The notes under the pieces were generated by a model, which was given only the letters and a program-made list of their open reading frames with translations, was not told the origin of the DNA and made no database searches. A program made the translations under genes and the position numbers. Source: Vairimorpha necatrix (Eukaryota). Taken from it: a stretch of 64,000 nt of DNA. Shown in pieces: positions 12,995 through 22,594 of the stretch (position 1 is the stretch's first letter; every line of letters begins with the position of its first letter). The stretch spans positions 1,488,001-1,552,000 of the forward strand of contig CP142726.1 in assembly GCA_036630325.1 (NCBI GenBank), given 5' to 3'.

Positions 12995-13970
12995 GGAGCT
13001 ATGGCAGTCTGGTGGCCAAAAATCCCTTAAAAGGAATTTTTAAAAAAATCACCTCAAAAATGAAAAGTCAAGAGGAGGAACTTTTTGAAATTTTTTTAAA
13101 ATATATTGAAAAAACAAGCAAATCATGTATAAAATGTGGTTCTATAAGTAAAAAATATAATGAAAATTTTATTTTTCGATGTACTTGGTCTAAATGTAGA
13201 AGTAAATGTCTTTATTAAAAAGCACTTCATTCTACAATAACAAGCTTGGAATTAATACTATGTTATTTATTATTAAATTATGGTCTGTTAATGTAAAGTA
13301 AAAAGCTATTGCGGAATTTCTTGGAATTAGCATTAAAATTGTAAGAAAAAATATTTCTTTAACAGTAAATTCCATCGAAAATTCTGTTTACGTCGAAACA
13401 GGTATAATAGGAGGACCTGGGATTGATGTGGAAATAGATGAAAGTAAGTTTGGTAAATTAAAATACCATAGAGGCCATGGGTAGAAGGAGTTTGGATTTT
13501 CGGAATGGTAGAAAGAACACCTCAAAGAAAAATTGTGTTTGTTCCTGTTGATAATAGAAGAGCAACTACACTAGAAGAACTTTTAATTAAATATGTTTAC
13601 CCAGAATCTATCATACATAGTGATTGCTTCTCTTCATATTCTAGGTTGTGTTCAATTTTTCAACAACATAAGACGGTTAATCATTCAAAAGAATTTGTTA
13701 ATAATAATAATTCATGCCATACTAATACTATCGAAGGTAATGTGAGCGCTGTTAAAAGTGAAACTTCCATAAGGCATAGAACAAAAAGATTAATAAAGAG
13801 TTCTTTGGTAAGATTTATGCTTAGAAGAAATTTTGAAGGGGATTTGTTTGATAAAATTATTAAAATGATTTTTAAGTTTTTATTTTTTTCCTCTTGACTT
13901 TTCATTTTTTGGGTGATTTTTTTAAAAATTCCTTTTAAGGGATTTTTGGCCACCAGACTGCCCTTTAACC
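12995..13970 (+). mobile_element. Merlin (IS1016/IS1595-ISXO2-like) DNA transposon 2, ~976 bp
   Basis: 74-bp near-perfect TIR core (13003-13076 / 13889-13962) with GG termini 8 bp further out by analogy to element 1; no matching TSD. Confidence 0.9.
13060..13897 (+). pseudogene. Merlin/ISXO2-like DDE transposase, disrupted
   Basis: CIKC...CTWSKC Zn ribbon, GGPGIDVEIDESKFG, IHSDCF, VNHS, HTNTIEG; frameshifts and a stop between 13218 and 13505. Confidence 0.9.
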
Positions 13971-15373
13971 AATGATTATATCAGTAAATAATTATTTTAT
14001 AAAAATACTTTCAAATTTTTCTGATTTTTTTTCTAAAACCACATCACTTTTCTGTAAATCATTTTGATTAAACTTGACTTTTGATTAATACAGAAAAACA
14101 TTTTAAATTATTTTTTAAACATAATAAATATCTCTTAAGCTTGTTTTTGTAATGATCTTTTTGTTCTGTGTGAATTAAACAATGACGTTCTTAAATTAAA
14201 ACGCAAAAAAAAACAAAATACTTAAAAATTATAAGCAAAGAACAACAATTTTTAGGTTTACCCAGCAAATAAACATTAATAATCGTTTTAACATTATTAA
14301 ACAGCTGTTTTTGTTCGTTTATAAGGTATAAATATTTTAAAAATCATTTGACATTAATTAAATTGATAAAAATATAAATTTCGCCCATTGCCTTAAAAAT
14401 GAATATTAATTATTTAGTACTATTCAATATTCTTACAATAGTAAAATCGTCTTATGCAGAACATTTAAATGAGGGCGCGGACGAAAATGAAGTTATAGAT
14501 GTCAGAAATGAAACTGTCAACGATAAACACGTAGTCTTGAATGAAAAGCCTGTAGACAAAGACGAGAACGAAGATGCAGATATCGAGAATCTAGTAATAG
14601 ATGAGCATTCTGTTTGCATTAAAATAGAATATCTTAATGTTTTCGAATTCATCGATCTGATTTCTGAAGTAAAGGACGTCGAAACTGATTACCAAAAAGA
14701 AGTATTAATAGCCATTTATACATATTTCAAAAGTCAAATCGACCAAAAGTCTCTTTTGTTTACTGCCGCAAGTTTACTCAATACTGATAATTTTACCAAG
14801 ATGGTCGATCCTGATGATAATAATAAGTATAAAAGAAGAGGCTTATTACGAATCAAAGATAGTTGTAATTATAAATTACTTACTAAATTATCGGGAATTG
14901 AAGATTATTACAATTATCCTGAGAAACTGGAAGAAATAAATACCCAAACAGTGTGTGATACAATAAAGTATTATGGGTATGTTATGAAAGACAATTATAC
15001 TGTAAGAAATTATCTGAGAGTAATGGGGGAAGGTGATTATGGACTGATAAAAGATATGCCTGATGTAGTTAACCTTGTAAGGCTTTATGGAGATTTTAAG
15101 AGACTGTTTGTTTTGTAAACTAATTAAAAGTATTTATTTAATAACTAATTATTTTTTATATAAGATTGACAGTATTATGTACTGTAAAATGAAACAATAT
15201 GTGTATGATCATCATAATTATATAATTACAAAGATCTATACCACGTGGGACTTAATTTTGTTGTTTAAAAAAAACATTCTGTATATATAGTACAGATTTA
15301 TAAACGGATAAATACATAGAACAAGTTCCTTGATACATAAGTAATTATACACAAAGTAAACATTAAAGAATAA
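13971..15373 (+). repeat. Segmental duplication copy 2 (copy 1 at 9680-11090)
   Basis: Direct match to 9680-11090; begins immediately after the right end of Merlin element 2. Confidence 0.95.
14399..15118 (+). CDS. Putative secreted protein, 239 aa, paralog B
   Basis: Same length as 10115..10834; C-terminal half nearly identical, N-terminal half divergent. Confidence 0.85.
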   Translation: MNINYLVLFNILTIVKSSYAEHLNEGADENEVIDVRNETVNDKHVVLNEKPVDKDENEDADIENLVIDEHSVCIKIEYLNVFEFIDLISEVKDVETDYQKEVLIAIYTYFKSQIDQKSLLFTAASLLNTDNFTKMVDPDDNNKYKRRGLLRIKDSCNYKLLTKLSGIEDYYNYPEKLEEINTQTVCDTIKYYGYVMKDNYTVRNYLRVMGEGDYGLIKDMPDVVNLVRLYGDFKRLFVL

Positions 15374-15740
15374 TTACATTTGTTCAGGTTCCTGAGGATA
15401 CAAAGCTGTTCAGCAACTGAATTTGACAGCCCAAAGAGAGAATGTCTAAAAATAATCCAGGACCTTATGGACGAATGTCAGCGTATGCGAAAAATAAAAT
15501 AATAATGAAAGATATTGTACTTAAAAAAACAGAAATAATCTTAAAAAATGCATACCGATTATATCTGTTATCTTTATATAGACTCTTATTCGCCGCTTCC
15601 AATGTGGCAAATTTTTTACACTAATGCTGATTTTAGCCGTCTTCTAATTTTACTTTTTATTTTCTTGCTACTCTTCTTCTTCTTGTTTATGCCATATTTT
15701 TTTTTTATCTAGCCAGTTTTATTCTTTATCTTTCCCCTAA

Positions 15741-17006
15741 ATGAATTTGTATAATCTCATTACCAAAGTCATAACTCTCAAATGTGTCCAATCACTCCCT
15801 TCTCCAAAATACAAGTTACTCAAACTTAAAAAAATTCCGTCCGTTATTAATTTATCAAAAAAATATTTTACATTCACTACAGTCCACAAGTTTACTAATC
15901 TCAATATTCCTGTTCTACTTACTGATACTGGTGATACTGAAATTTCTTTAATATTAAATTATAAATATTTTTCGTATAGCGAAATAATAAATATTATTTG
16001 TAGTAGACAGATGCCTGTTTCATATGAGACAGTTGGAGACGTGATACATTTCAATTTGAATGATGAATTTTTAGAATATAAATATTTTATAGGGAAAATA
16101 CTTTATGATAAGACAGGGCATACAGTTATTAATAAAATAGGGAATATTAATAATACATTTAGGAATTATGATTTCGAATATATAGGCGGGAAAGTAGATA
16201 TTAATGAGTTAAAAGACAAAGACAAGATCGACAGAGACAACATCACGTATTTTATCGCCAAAGAAGAAAGTGGAATTGTCGATATAAACAAATCTAGCAG
16301 CTTAGAAAATATAACAAATAATAGTCATAGAGAAGACACACTAAATAACAGTTATAGAGAAAATAATAAACATAATGCCTTGACGAAATTAACTTGTCAA
16401 GATTTTAATCAAAAAATACTCGCCGAATTCATAAAATCTTATAAATCATCCAATTTCATCATAAAACTCGACAAATTACGAACTTGTCTCGTTGAAAATG
16501 GTGCGAAATTTCATATTGATATTAAAAATGTCTACTGGTGCAGTAAATTACAAGAAGAACGCAGAAATTTACTCTCAGAAATAAAACCAGGTGAAGTTGT
16601 CTGTGACGTGTTCTGTGGTGTAGGGCCGATGGTCATACCTTTGTTACAAAAAAAGTGTCTTGTTTATTGCAATGATCTGAACAAAGACGCGATATTTTGC
16701 CTTAGAGAAAATATTAAAATTAATAAAATCGAGACAGGATTTTTTATAGAAAACTTAGATGCTAAAATATATTTAGAGAAGATAAGTGACATAAGAATTG
16801 ATCATTTTATTCTTAATCTACCAGAGTACAGTATTGATTATATAAAATATATAAGGAAAGGGAAGATACACTGCTATTTCTTTAGTAGAGAAGAAGAAGT
16901 AGAGAAATTGGTGGAAGAAAAGACGGGTCTTGTAAATGGAGATATAAGGTTTATAAGAAAAGTGTCGCCTAGTAAAAATGTGTATAAGTTGACAATGATA
17001 AAGTAA
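15741..17006 (+). CDS. TRM5: tRNA (guanine37-N1)-methyltransferase
   Basis: SYETVGDVIHFNL, TVINK, VYWCSKLQEER, SAM motif DVFCGVGP, NDLN, NLP; CCCC before ATG. Confidence 0.92.
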   Translation: MNLYNLITKVITLKCVQSLPSPKYKLLKLKKIPSVINLSKKYFTFTTVHKFTNLNIPVLLTDTGDTEISLILNYKYFSYSEIINIICSRQMPVSYETVGDVIHFNLNDEFLEYKYFIGKILYDKTGHTVINKIGNINNTFRNYDFEYIGGKVDINELKDKDKIDRDNITYFIAKEESGIVDINKSSSLENITNNSHREDTLNNSYRENNKHNALTKLTCQDFNQKILAEFIKSYKSSNFIIKLDKLRTCLVENGAKFHIDIKNVYWCSKLQEERRNLLSEIKPGEVVCDVFCGVGPMVIPLLQKKCLVYCNDLNKDAIFCLRENIKINKIETGFFIENLDAKIYLEKISDIRIDHFILNLPEYSIDYIKYIRKGKIHCYFFSREEEVEKLVEEKTGLVNGDIRFIRKVSPSKNVYKLTMIK

Positions 17007-17141
17007 AATTTTTTATTAGATGTTTTTTTAGATTTATCCCTTTTTTGAATTTTAAGTTTGAAAGAGTCAGCCCCCTTTAGCCTCTTTTGTTTAGGTCGAC
17101 TCCTTTTTGTTTTATTTATAATTTCGTAGTAACCCCCTCTT

Positions 17142-17870
17142 ATGGACCCCTTTAGTATTCAACAAACCAATATGTTTATTACTAAATTAATAAATTTAGT
17201 CCAGAATATCTTCTTCACTACCATAAATATGTGTATAGTCGCCATTCAAATATTCTTTGGTATAATATCTTTGTTTTTCTATAATAATTCTTATGATTCT
17301 AGCCATATTGGGCTATTCATTTTTGTATACACAATTATAAACATCATAACTCTTATGACTTTATTAACCAAAATTTTGTATTATTTCAACATACTGAGAT
17401 CTACAAATACCCAATACATAACATTATTTCTTTACGAACTCGTGTGCCGACTTTTAAAATTTAAATTAGTCGTGTTTTCCCAATATTTTCATATTTATGA
17501 ATATAACATAATAAGGGAAAATGTTATAATTTATTACGTCTTAATATTAATCACACTTGTAGATTTGATTAGTACCTTGTGCCTCATTCTGAGCTTCCTT
17601 GCCTATGTCATGATTTTTAATGTCTTCATGAAAGTAGAAGATATTAATCAGAAATTTGTTACTAAAGAGGATATTAATAAATATGACGCATGCGCCATAT
17701 GTCTGGAAGAATATGAAGAAGATGAATGTGTGTATGAGTTGTCTTGTCAACATAGATTCCATGATAAATGTATTTCAAATTGGTTTAAATTTAACAAAAT
17801 ATGTCCGACATGTAAAAATAATCTCTGGATACAAATAGAAATTTACAACGAGGAGAAGATGAAATTATAA
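17142..17870 (+). CDS. Multi-pass membrane RING-H2 E3 ubiquitin ligase
   Basis: About 4 hydrophobic segments then CAICLEEY...CQHRFHDKCISNW...CPTC. Confidence 0.9.
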   Translation: MDPFSIQQTNMFITKLINLVQNIFFTTINMCIVAIQIFFGIISLFFYNNSYDSSHIGLFIFVYTIINIITLMTLLTKILYYFNILRSTNTQYITLFLYELVCRLLKFKLVVFSQYFHIYEYNIIRENVIIYYVLILITLVDLISTLCLILSFLAYVMIFNVFMKVEDINQKFVTKEDINKYDACAICLEEYEEDECVYELSCQHRFHDKCISNWFKFNKICPTCKNNLWIQIEIYNEEKMKL

Positions 17871-18280
17871 CGCAAATAAATAATTAATAAAACATGTTCT
17901 GATTGAGATATCTTATTATTTATTTATAAATTCAAAATGATATTTTTAATAGATACAGAAAAAATCCAAATGTATGTTTTTGAAATAGCAATGAATATTT
18001 CATATGAGACACTAAGACATTCAAAAAAGGTGTGTGAATTTAAGATCTCTCAATTCTATTTAAACAGGAACACAAAGACAAATTAATCAACATTTGAATC
18101 TTTGCTAAGTATAAATAAAAAAGATTTCATAATGATATTTATAATAGATGCCAAGATACCAAACAAGAAGTATAAATTTTTGTAAAAGATAAATCTTCTA
18201 TTGGTATCAATGTAGAACAAAATAAGTAATAATACATATTAATTTTTACATCTCCTTGACAATTTATTGTCCCCTTTAAA

Positions 18281-18766
18281 ATGAAAGTTAAAAGACTAAT
18301 AGAATGCTACATGAATGAGAAAAATACAAACGCATTTCTAAAATACAACCAAGAAGTCGTCGCCTATTTCTATACCAAAATAATAGACCAAAAAAATATT
18401 ATAAAAAAAAATCCACAAAAATCAAATATACTAAAAAGCATCTACGAACTGGAAATAGAAAGACTAGAATATTTGATAAAATCATATCTAACAATAAGAA
18501 TAAACAAAATGAAAAGAAATTTATTTATAGATGAAAATTGTTTATCGGAAGATGAGAAAAAATTTTACAAAATATTGAAAGACCAAATAAATTATAAAAA
18601 TGAATGTAATGAGTCTGTAGATGTAGTGGGATTTATTTGTAAAAAAGATATAGGGAATGTTTTGCTAGACGGGGAGAGTGTAGAAATGAATAAAGGGGAT
18701 TTTTATATTGGGCCTTTGTGTGATGTAATGGATTTATTGAATCAAGATGAAATATATTTAGTGTAA
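18281..18766 (+). CDS. SLD5: GINS complex subunit Sld5-like
   Basis: ELEIERLEYLIKSYLTIRINK, LSEDEKKF and a C-terminal beta domain ending LLNQDEIYLV. Confidence 0.75.
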   Translation: MKVKRLIECYMNEKNTNAFLKYNQEVVAYFYTKIIDQKNIIKKNPQKSNILKSIYELEIERLEYLIKSYLTIRINKMKRNLFIDENCLSEDEKKFYKILKDQINYKNECNESVDVVGFICKKDIGNVLLDGESVEMNKGDFYIGPLCDVMDLLNQDEIYLV

Positions 18767-19061
18767 AATAAAATTTAATTCAAATTTCACTGATAAATTT
18801 TATCTTTTAAATAATTTATGAAAAAATTTTTTAGGGTTTTTAATATTGTAAAATTTTTATAACTAATCTAATAATAGATATAAGCTATGGAATCATAAGA
18901 ATGTAATTACTAATAAGTATGCTATAGATTTATGGCAGAGTAGAACATTGAAGTCAATTAATATAACAGTGGAGATATTGTCTTAAACATAAAAAACACA
19001 AGGAGAATTATTAAATAAGTAAAGATTAAAAATAAAAGAAATTTTTTTTATGTGCATGTTT

Positions 19062-19808
19062 TTAATTTATGAAATCATCATATTGTTCGTCTAAAAGTTC
19101 ATTAAAAAACCCAGTACTTCTTTTACAAAGAGGACACGATTCTTTCAATGATAACCACTCGTCAACACATGTACAATGAAAATGATGACTACATGGTAAA
19201 AATTTGACCTCATTACCTATTTCATATTGCTCAAAACATATGGTACAAGTACACGACTCATCTGGTAAATCAGCCTGGTCATTAAATTTGACTACTTTAA
19301 GCTTAGGCTTCACACATTCTTTCAATAATAGTAGTGCTATTATCGCCATAAGTGGTAATACAAACATTGCTATACCTATTGTAATAAACAAAGCAGTCAT
19401 ATAATAAAGTACTCGATTAGTATTCGAACAATTAGTACATTCTTGTAACCAGTGGAATCCTATAAGATACCAAAACAAGACTAATGCTTCTATAAAATTA
19501 CTAAATAAAGCCAGATCTGGATTATCTCTATAATCTGATATTATTTGTATATTAAAAAAAGATCTATTTTTAGATAAGAAAATGATACTTCTAATTATTG
19601 TAATTACAAGGAATACACCCAAAAAAGCTTTAAGTGGTTGTTTACATGGCTCATTTCTTTTTAGAAATAGTACAGTGGAGATTGATACTATTTTTATAAT
19701 TTTGATAATTAGTTCGGTTATAATCATTAGTCTTATGCAAGATAGAGCAGTGAATCTATTTCTATGGGATGAGACTAAGGTAGAAGGACTTTCATTTAGT
19801 AGATCCAT
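19062..19808 (-). CDS. Multi-pass membrane RING-H2 E3 ubiquitin ligase
   Basis: 4 TM segments then CTICFEQY...LPCSHHFHCTCVDEW...CPLC. Confidence 0.92.
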   Translation of the reverse strand: MDLLNESPSTLVSSHRNRFTALSCIRLMIITELIIKIIKIVSISTVLFLKRNEPCKQPLKAFLGVFLVITIIRSIIFLSKNRSFFNIQIISDYRDNPDLALFSNFIEALVLFWYLIGFHWLQECTNCSNTNRVLYYMTALFITIGIAMFVLPLMAIIALLLLKECVKPKLKVVKFNDQADLPDESCTCTICFEQYEIGNEVKFLPCSHHFHCTCVDEWLSLKESCPLCKRSTGFFNELLDEQYDDFIN

Positions 19809-20121
19809 GTAATATCAAATTGGAAATTTTTATAAATTAAAATACTTGTTTTATTGGTGAAACTGAAAGGATCAATTAAAAAGGAGAGTATCCTAATTGG
19901 TCATAAGAAATAAAAGACAGCTTTTTTTTACATTGTTCAAGATAAACAAAATTGTAAGTAATTTATAAAATATTATTGTATTTAAAATTAAAGTAATAAG
20001 CCAAATATGTCTAATGAAAATGTTTAAAATAACAGTTTTTGTTATATCGGTAAGTTTTAAGCTCAAATTATATTTTTAAAAATTTTTACTCAAAAAAGTA
20101 ATAAATTCTATATAAGTTTAA

Positions 20122-20637
20122 TTAAGGATTTGGATAATCTTCTATATTAAATAAATCTATTCTATGCATCAATATTAATATATAAAGAAATATTAATACC
20201 AAAGGCAAAAGAAAAAGTGATATCTCTATAAAAATGATACTTTTAGTTGTGTAATATAAAAATGGCTCAGTATCACTGCATTTGTCACATAATTCTAAAT
20301 AGTCGAATCCTCTAAAATACAAAACAAAAAGACAAAGTTCCACTAGAACTTCGTACGACTCAAGTCCGGAAATATCTCCAGAAGACAGTGTAACTTCGTG
20401 TAAAATTTTCGTCTTTATTTTTGACGCGAAGCTTAAAGTTCGCGCACTGTTTAATAAAAAATATAAGCAGAGAAATTTTAATAATGGGTGTTCTAGAGAC
20501 ACTTGTCGTTTTATGTAAAATATACAGAGGAGGATTATACATTGTATAAGTCTGTATATTAGTTCTATAATGTATGAAGTTCTTAATAAATAGTTTGTGT
20601 AGTCTGATCTAGTACGCGTGTTTAAAATGTCTTCCAT
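20122..20637 (-). CDS. RING-less paralog of the 19062..19808 membrane ligase
   Basis: Shared motifs (IIELI/ITELI, PL, GFDYLELCDKCSDT vs GFHWLQECTNCSNT, LYY, LPL) but stops before the RING domain. Confidence 0.75.
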   Translation of the reverse strand: MEDILNTRTRSDYTNYLLRTSYIIELIYRLIQCIILLCIFYIKRQVSLEHPLLKFLCLYFLLNSARTLSFASKIKTKILHEVTLSSGDISGLESYEVLVELCLFVLYFRGFDYLELCDKCSDTEPFLYYTTKSIIFIEISLFLLPLVLIFLYILILMHRIDLFNIEDYPNP

Positions 20638-21081
20638 TGAATTTTATAAATTCTTGACTTTTTTAGTGTGTTTTATAAGAAGATGATTGGATTTTTTATT
20701 GGTTTTATTTAAAACAGTGATCTTTTTAAGATATTTGTTTCATAATTTGCTAAATTATATTTTTTATATAATAAATAATTTATTGCACTGTCTCTTTTGA
20801 TATAGTGGTATTATTTATTAGCTTTATAAATTCACTAGCTTTTTAGATAAGTTTAATTTCTTGCAAACTACTATTGTAAATTAATCTCAAATCTAATTTA
20901 ATAAGATAACTTATTAAAATTCATATTAAATTGATTCACAATGTTTAATATAGACTTACAATGTTTATTTACTTCTTTGTAAATATTCCAAATAAGAAAA
21001 TATACTTTATTAACAATTGTGTAATTTTATTTGAATATTTTTTATTTTTCTATAAAAATTTCAAATTTTTTTTCGTCCAGA

Positions 21082-21339
21082 ATGACTTGCGTGTTAAAAA
21101 ACAAATTAACACACGAAAACAAAGAATATTTAGAGAAATATTTCGAAATAAATCCCAATCCATCAGAACAACAAAAAGCGAAACTCGCTCTAACTTTTGA
21201 TGTCTCAATATGTAAAATAAAAAACTGGTTTCAAAATAAAAGAGCCAAATCGCGTCATAATTTGCCTTATGACGAATGTGTTTACGAAGAGAAAGTGTAC
21301 CCTACATGTAATTCCTTATATATGAGATATTATTTTTAA
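21082..21339 (+). CDS. Small homeodomain protein (85 aa)
   Basis: LEKYFEINPNPS...IKNWFQNKRAK; ATG at 21082 (ORF-track start is an upstream TTG). Confidence 0.9.
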   Translation: MTCVLKNKLTHENKEYLEKYFEINPNPSEQQKAKLALTFDVSICKIKNWFQNKRAKSRHNLPYDECVYEEKVYPTCNSLYMRYYF

Positions 21340-21439
21340 AATTAAAATATTTTAAAAAATATTTTTAATTTATTTGTATTTTTAATATTGTTTTTTTTTT
21401 AATTTATTTGTTTATTTAATATGCGTTTTTTTATCCCTA

Positions 21440-22252
21440 ATGTTTTCTCATCCACTTTACGAATTTAAAAATAATATTAAAGGCTATAAAGGCAGTGTCT
21501 TAATAATAGGAGGCAGTGTTTTATACACTGGCGCGCCCTATTCAAGTGCAGTAGCTTGTTTCCTTACTGGCTCCGATCTAGTGTATATTTTCACTAGTGA
21601 TGAAGCGATAATCCCGCTTAAAGGCTTGTTACCTGAGGCTATCGTGTGTAATATCAAATATCAGGAGTGGATTCTCGACAGAGTTGATATTTGTATATTT
21701 GGCACAGGACTGGGAATTATAGACATAGAAACAAAGAAAGAAATAAAAAAGATACTTGAATATTTAAACAAGAACAATAAAATGATAATAATCGACGGAG
21801 ATGGCATCAGAAATATAGAGCTGTTAGGTCTTAAGAAATATGAGAATGTGATATTTACGCCGAATATCAACGAGGCTAAGTTTATTGGTTCTTTGAATAA
21901 TAAACAATACGCCATATTCAAAGGCGAAAAAGATAGAATAATTTCGTTTGATGATAAAGTGATGATTGTGGATTGTGCGTCATGTGGCAAAAGATGCGGC
22001 GGGCAAGGAGACCTCTTGTGTGGAATATTGGCCTCGTTGATAATTAAATTAAAAGAAGACACAAGTGGTATAGAAAAGATAAGCAAGATAGAGAAAATAT
22101 TAAATTCGATGTCACTGGCCAGTAAAATATTAAGATTGTCGGGGTACAGGGCGTATAGAACTAAAGGCGTGTCTACGATGCAAAGAGACATAATTAAAGA
22201 AATCCCGGAGGCATTTAAAGAAATTATATTTATTAATAAAGAAATGAATTAA
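21440..22252 (+). CDS. NAXD: ATP/ADP-dependent NAD(P)HX dehydratase (YjeF-C / CARKD family)
   Basis: KGYKGSVLIIGGSVLYTGAPY, GTGLG, IDGDG, TPN, KG..D, KRCGGQGDLLCG. Confidence 0.92.
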   Translation: MFSHPLYEFKNNIKGYKGSVLIIGGSVLYTGAPYSSAVACFLTGSDLVYIFTSDEAIIPLKGLLPEAIVCNIKYQEWILDRVDICIFGTGLGIIDIETKKEIKKILEYLNKNNKMIIIDGDGIRNIELLGLKKYENVIFTPNINEAKFIGSLNNKQYAIFKGEKDRIISFDDKVMIVDCASCGKRCGGQGDLLCGILASLIIKLKEDTSGIEKISKIEKILNSMSLASKILRLSGYRAYRTKGVSTMQRDIIKEIPEAFKEIIFINKEMN

Positions 22253-22594
22253 AAAATGGATCTTTTTTGAAATGTTATAAATGGATCTATATTATATTAA
22301 TTTTAAGTACTTCTCAAAGTTTAAAAAAATTTCGTAAAAATTAGATCTTTTAAATAAATACATGTAGAAGACATTTGAATTTAAAATATAAAGACGATTG
22401 CTCAGTTCATTATAGATTTGTTTAATGAATAAGTTATTAAATAATAATATAAAAATCTAAGTAGATGTCAAAATGCCGTTATATTTTTTAAAATATTAAT
22501 TAAAACCGTTAAATTTATTTAAATTAAATCAATAAATTATTCAACAAACAAAAAATTGTTTTTTCCAAAACAATCACTTAATAATTCACCCCTT

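Noticed and set aside
13681-13953. 90-aa minus-strand ORF starting like the ORF at 13012
   Set aside because: A consequence of the TIR symmetry of Merlin 2; not called as a separate gene
21661-22191. 176-aa antisense ORF (and similar shadows within RPD3, SEC18, BiP and the 62315 gene)
   Set aside because: Antisense or alternate-frame shadows of well-supported genes
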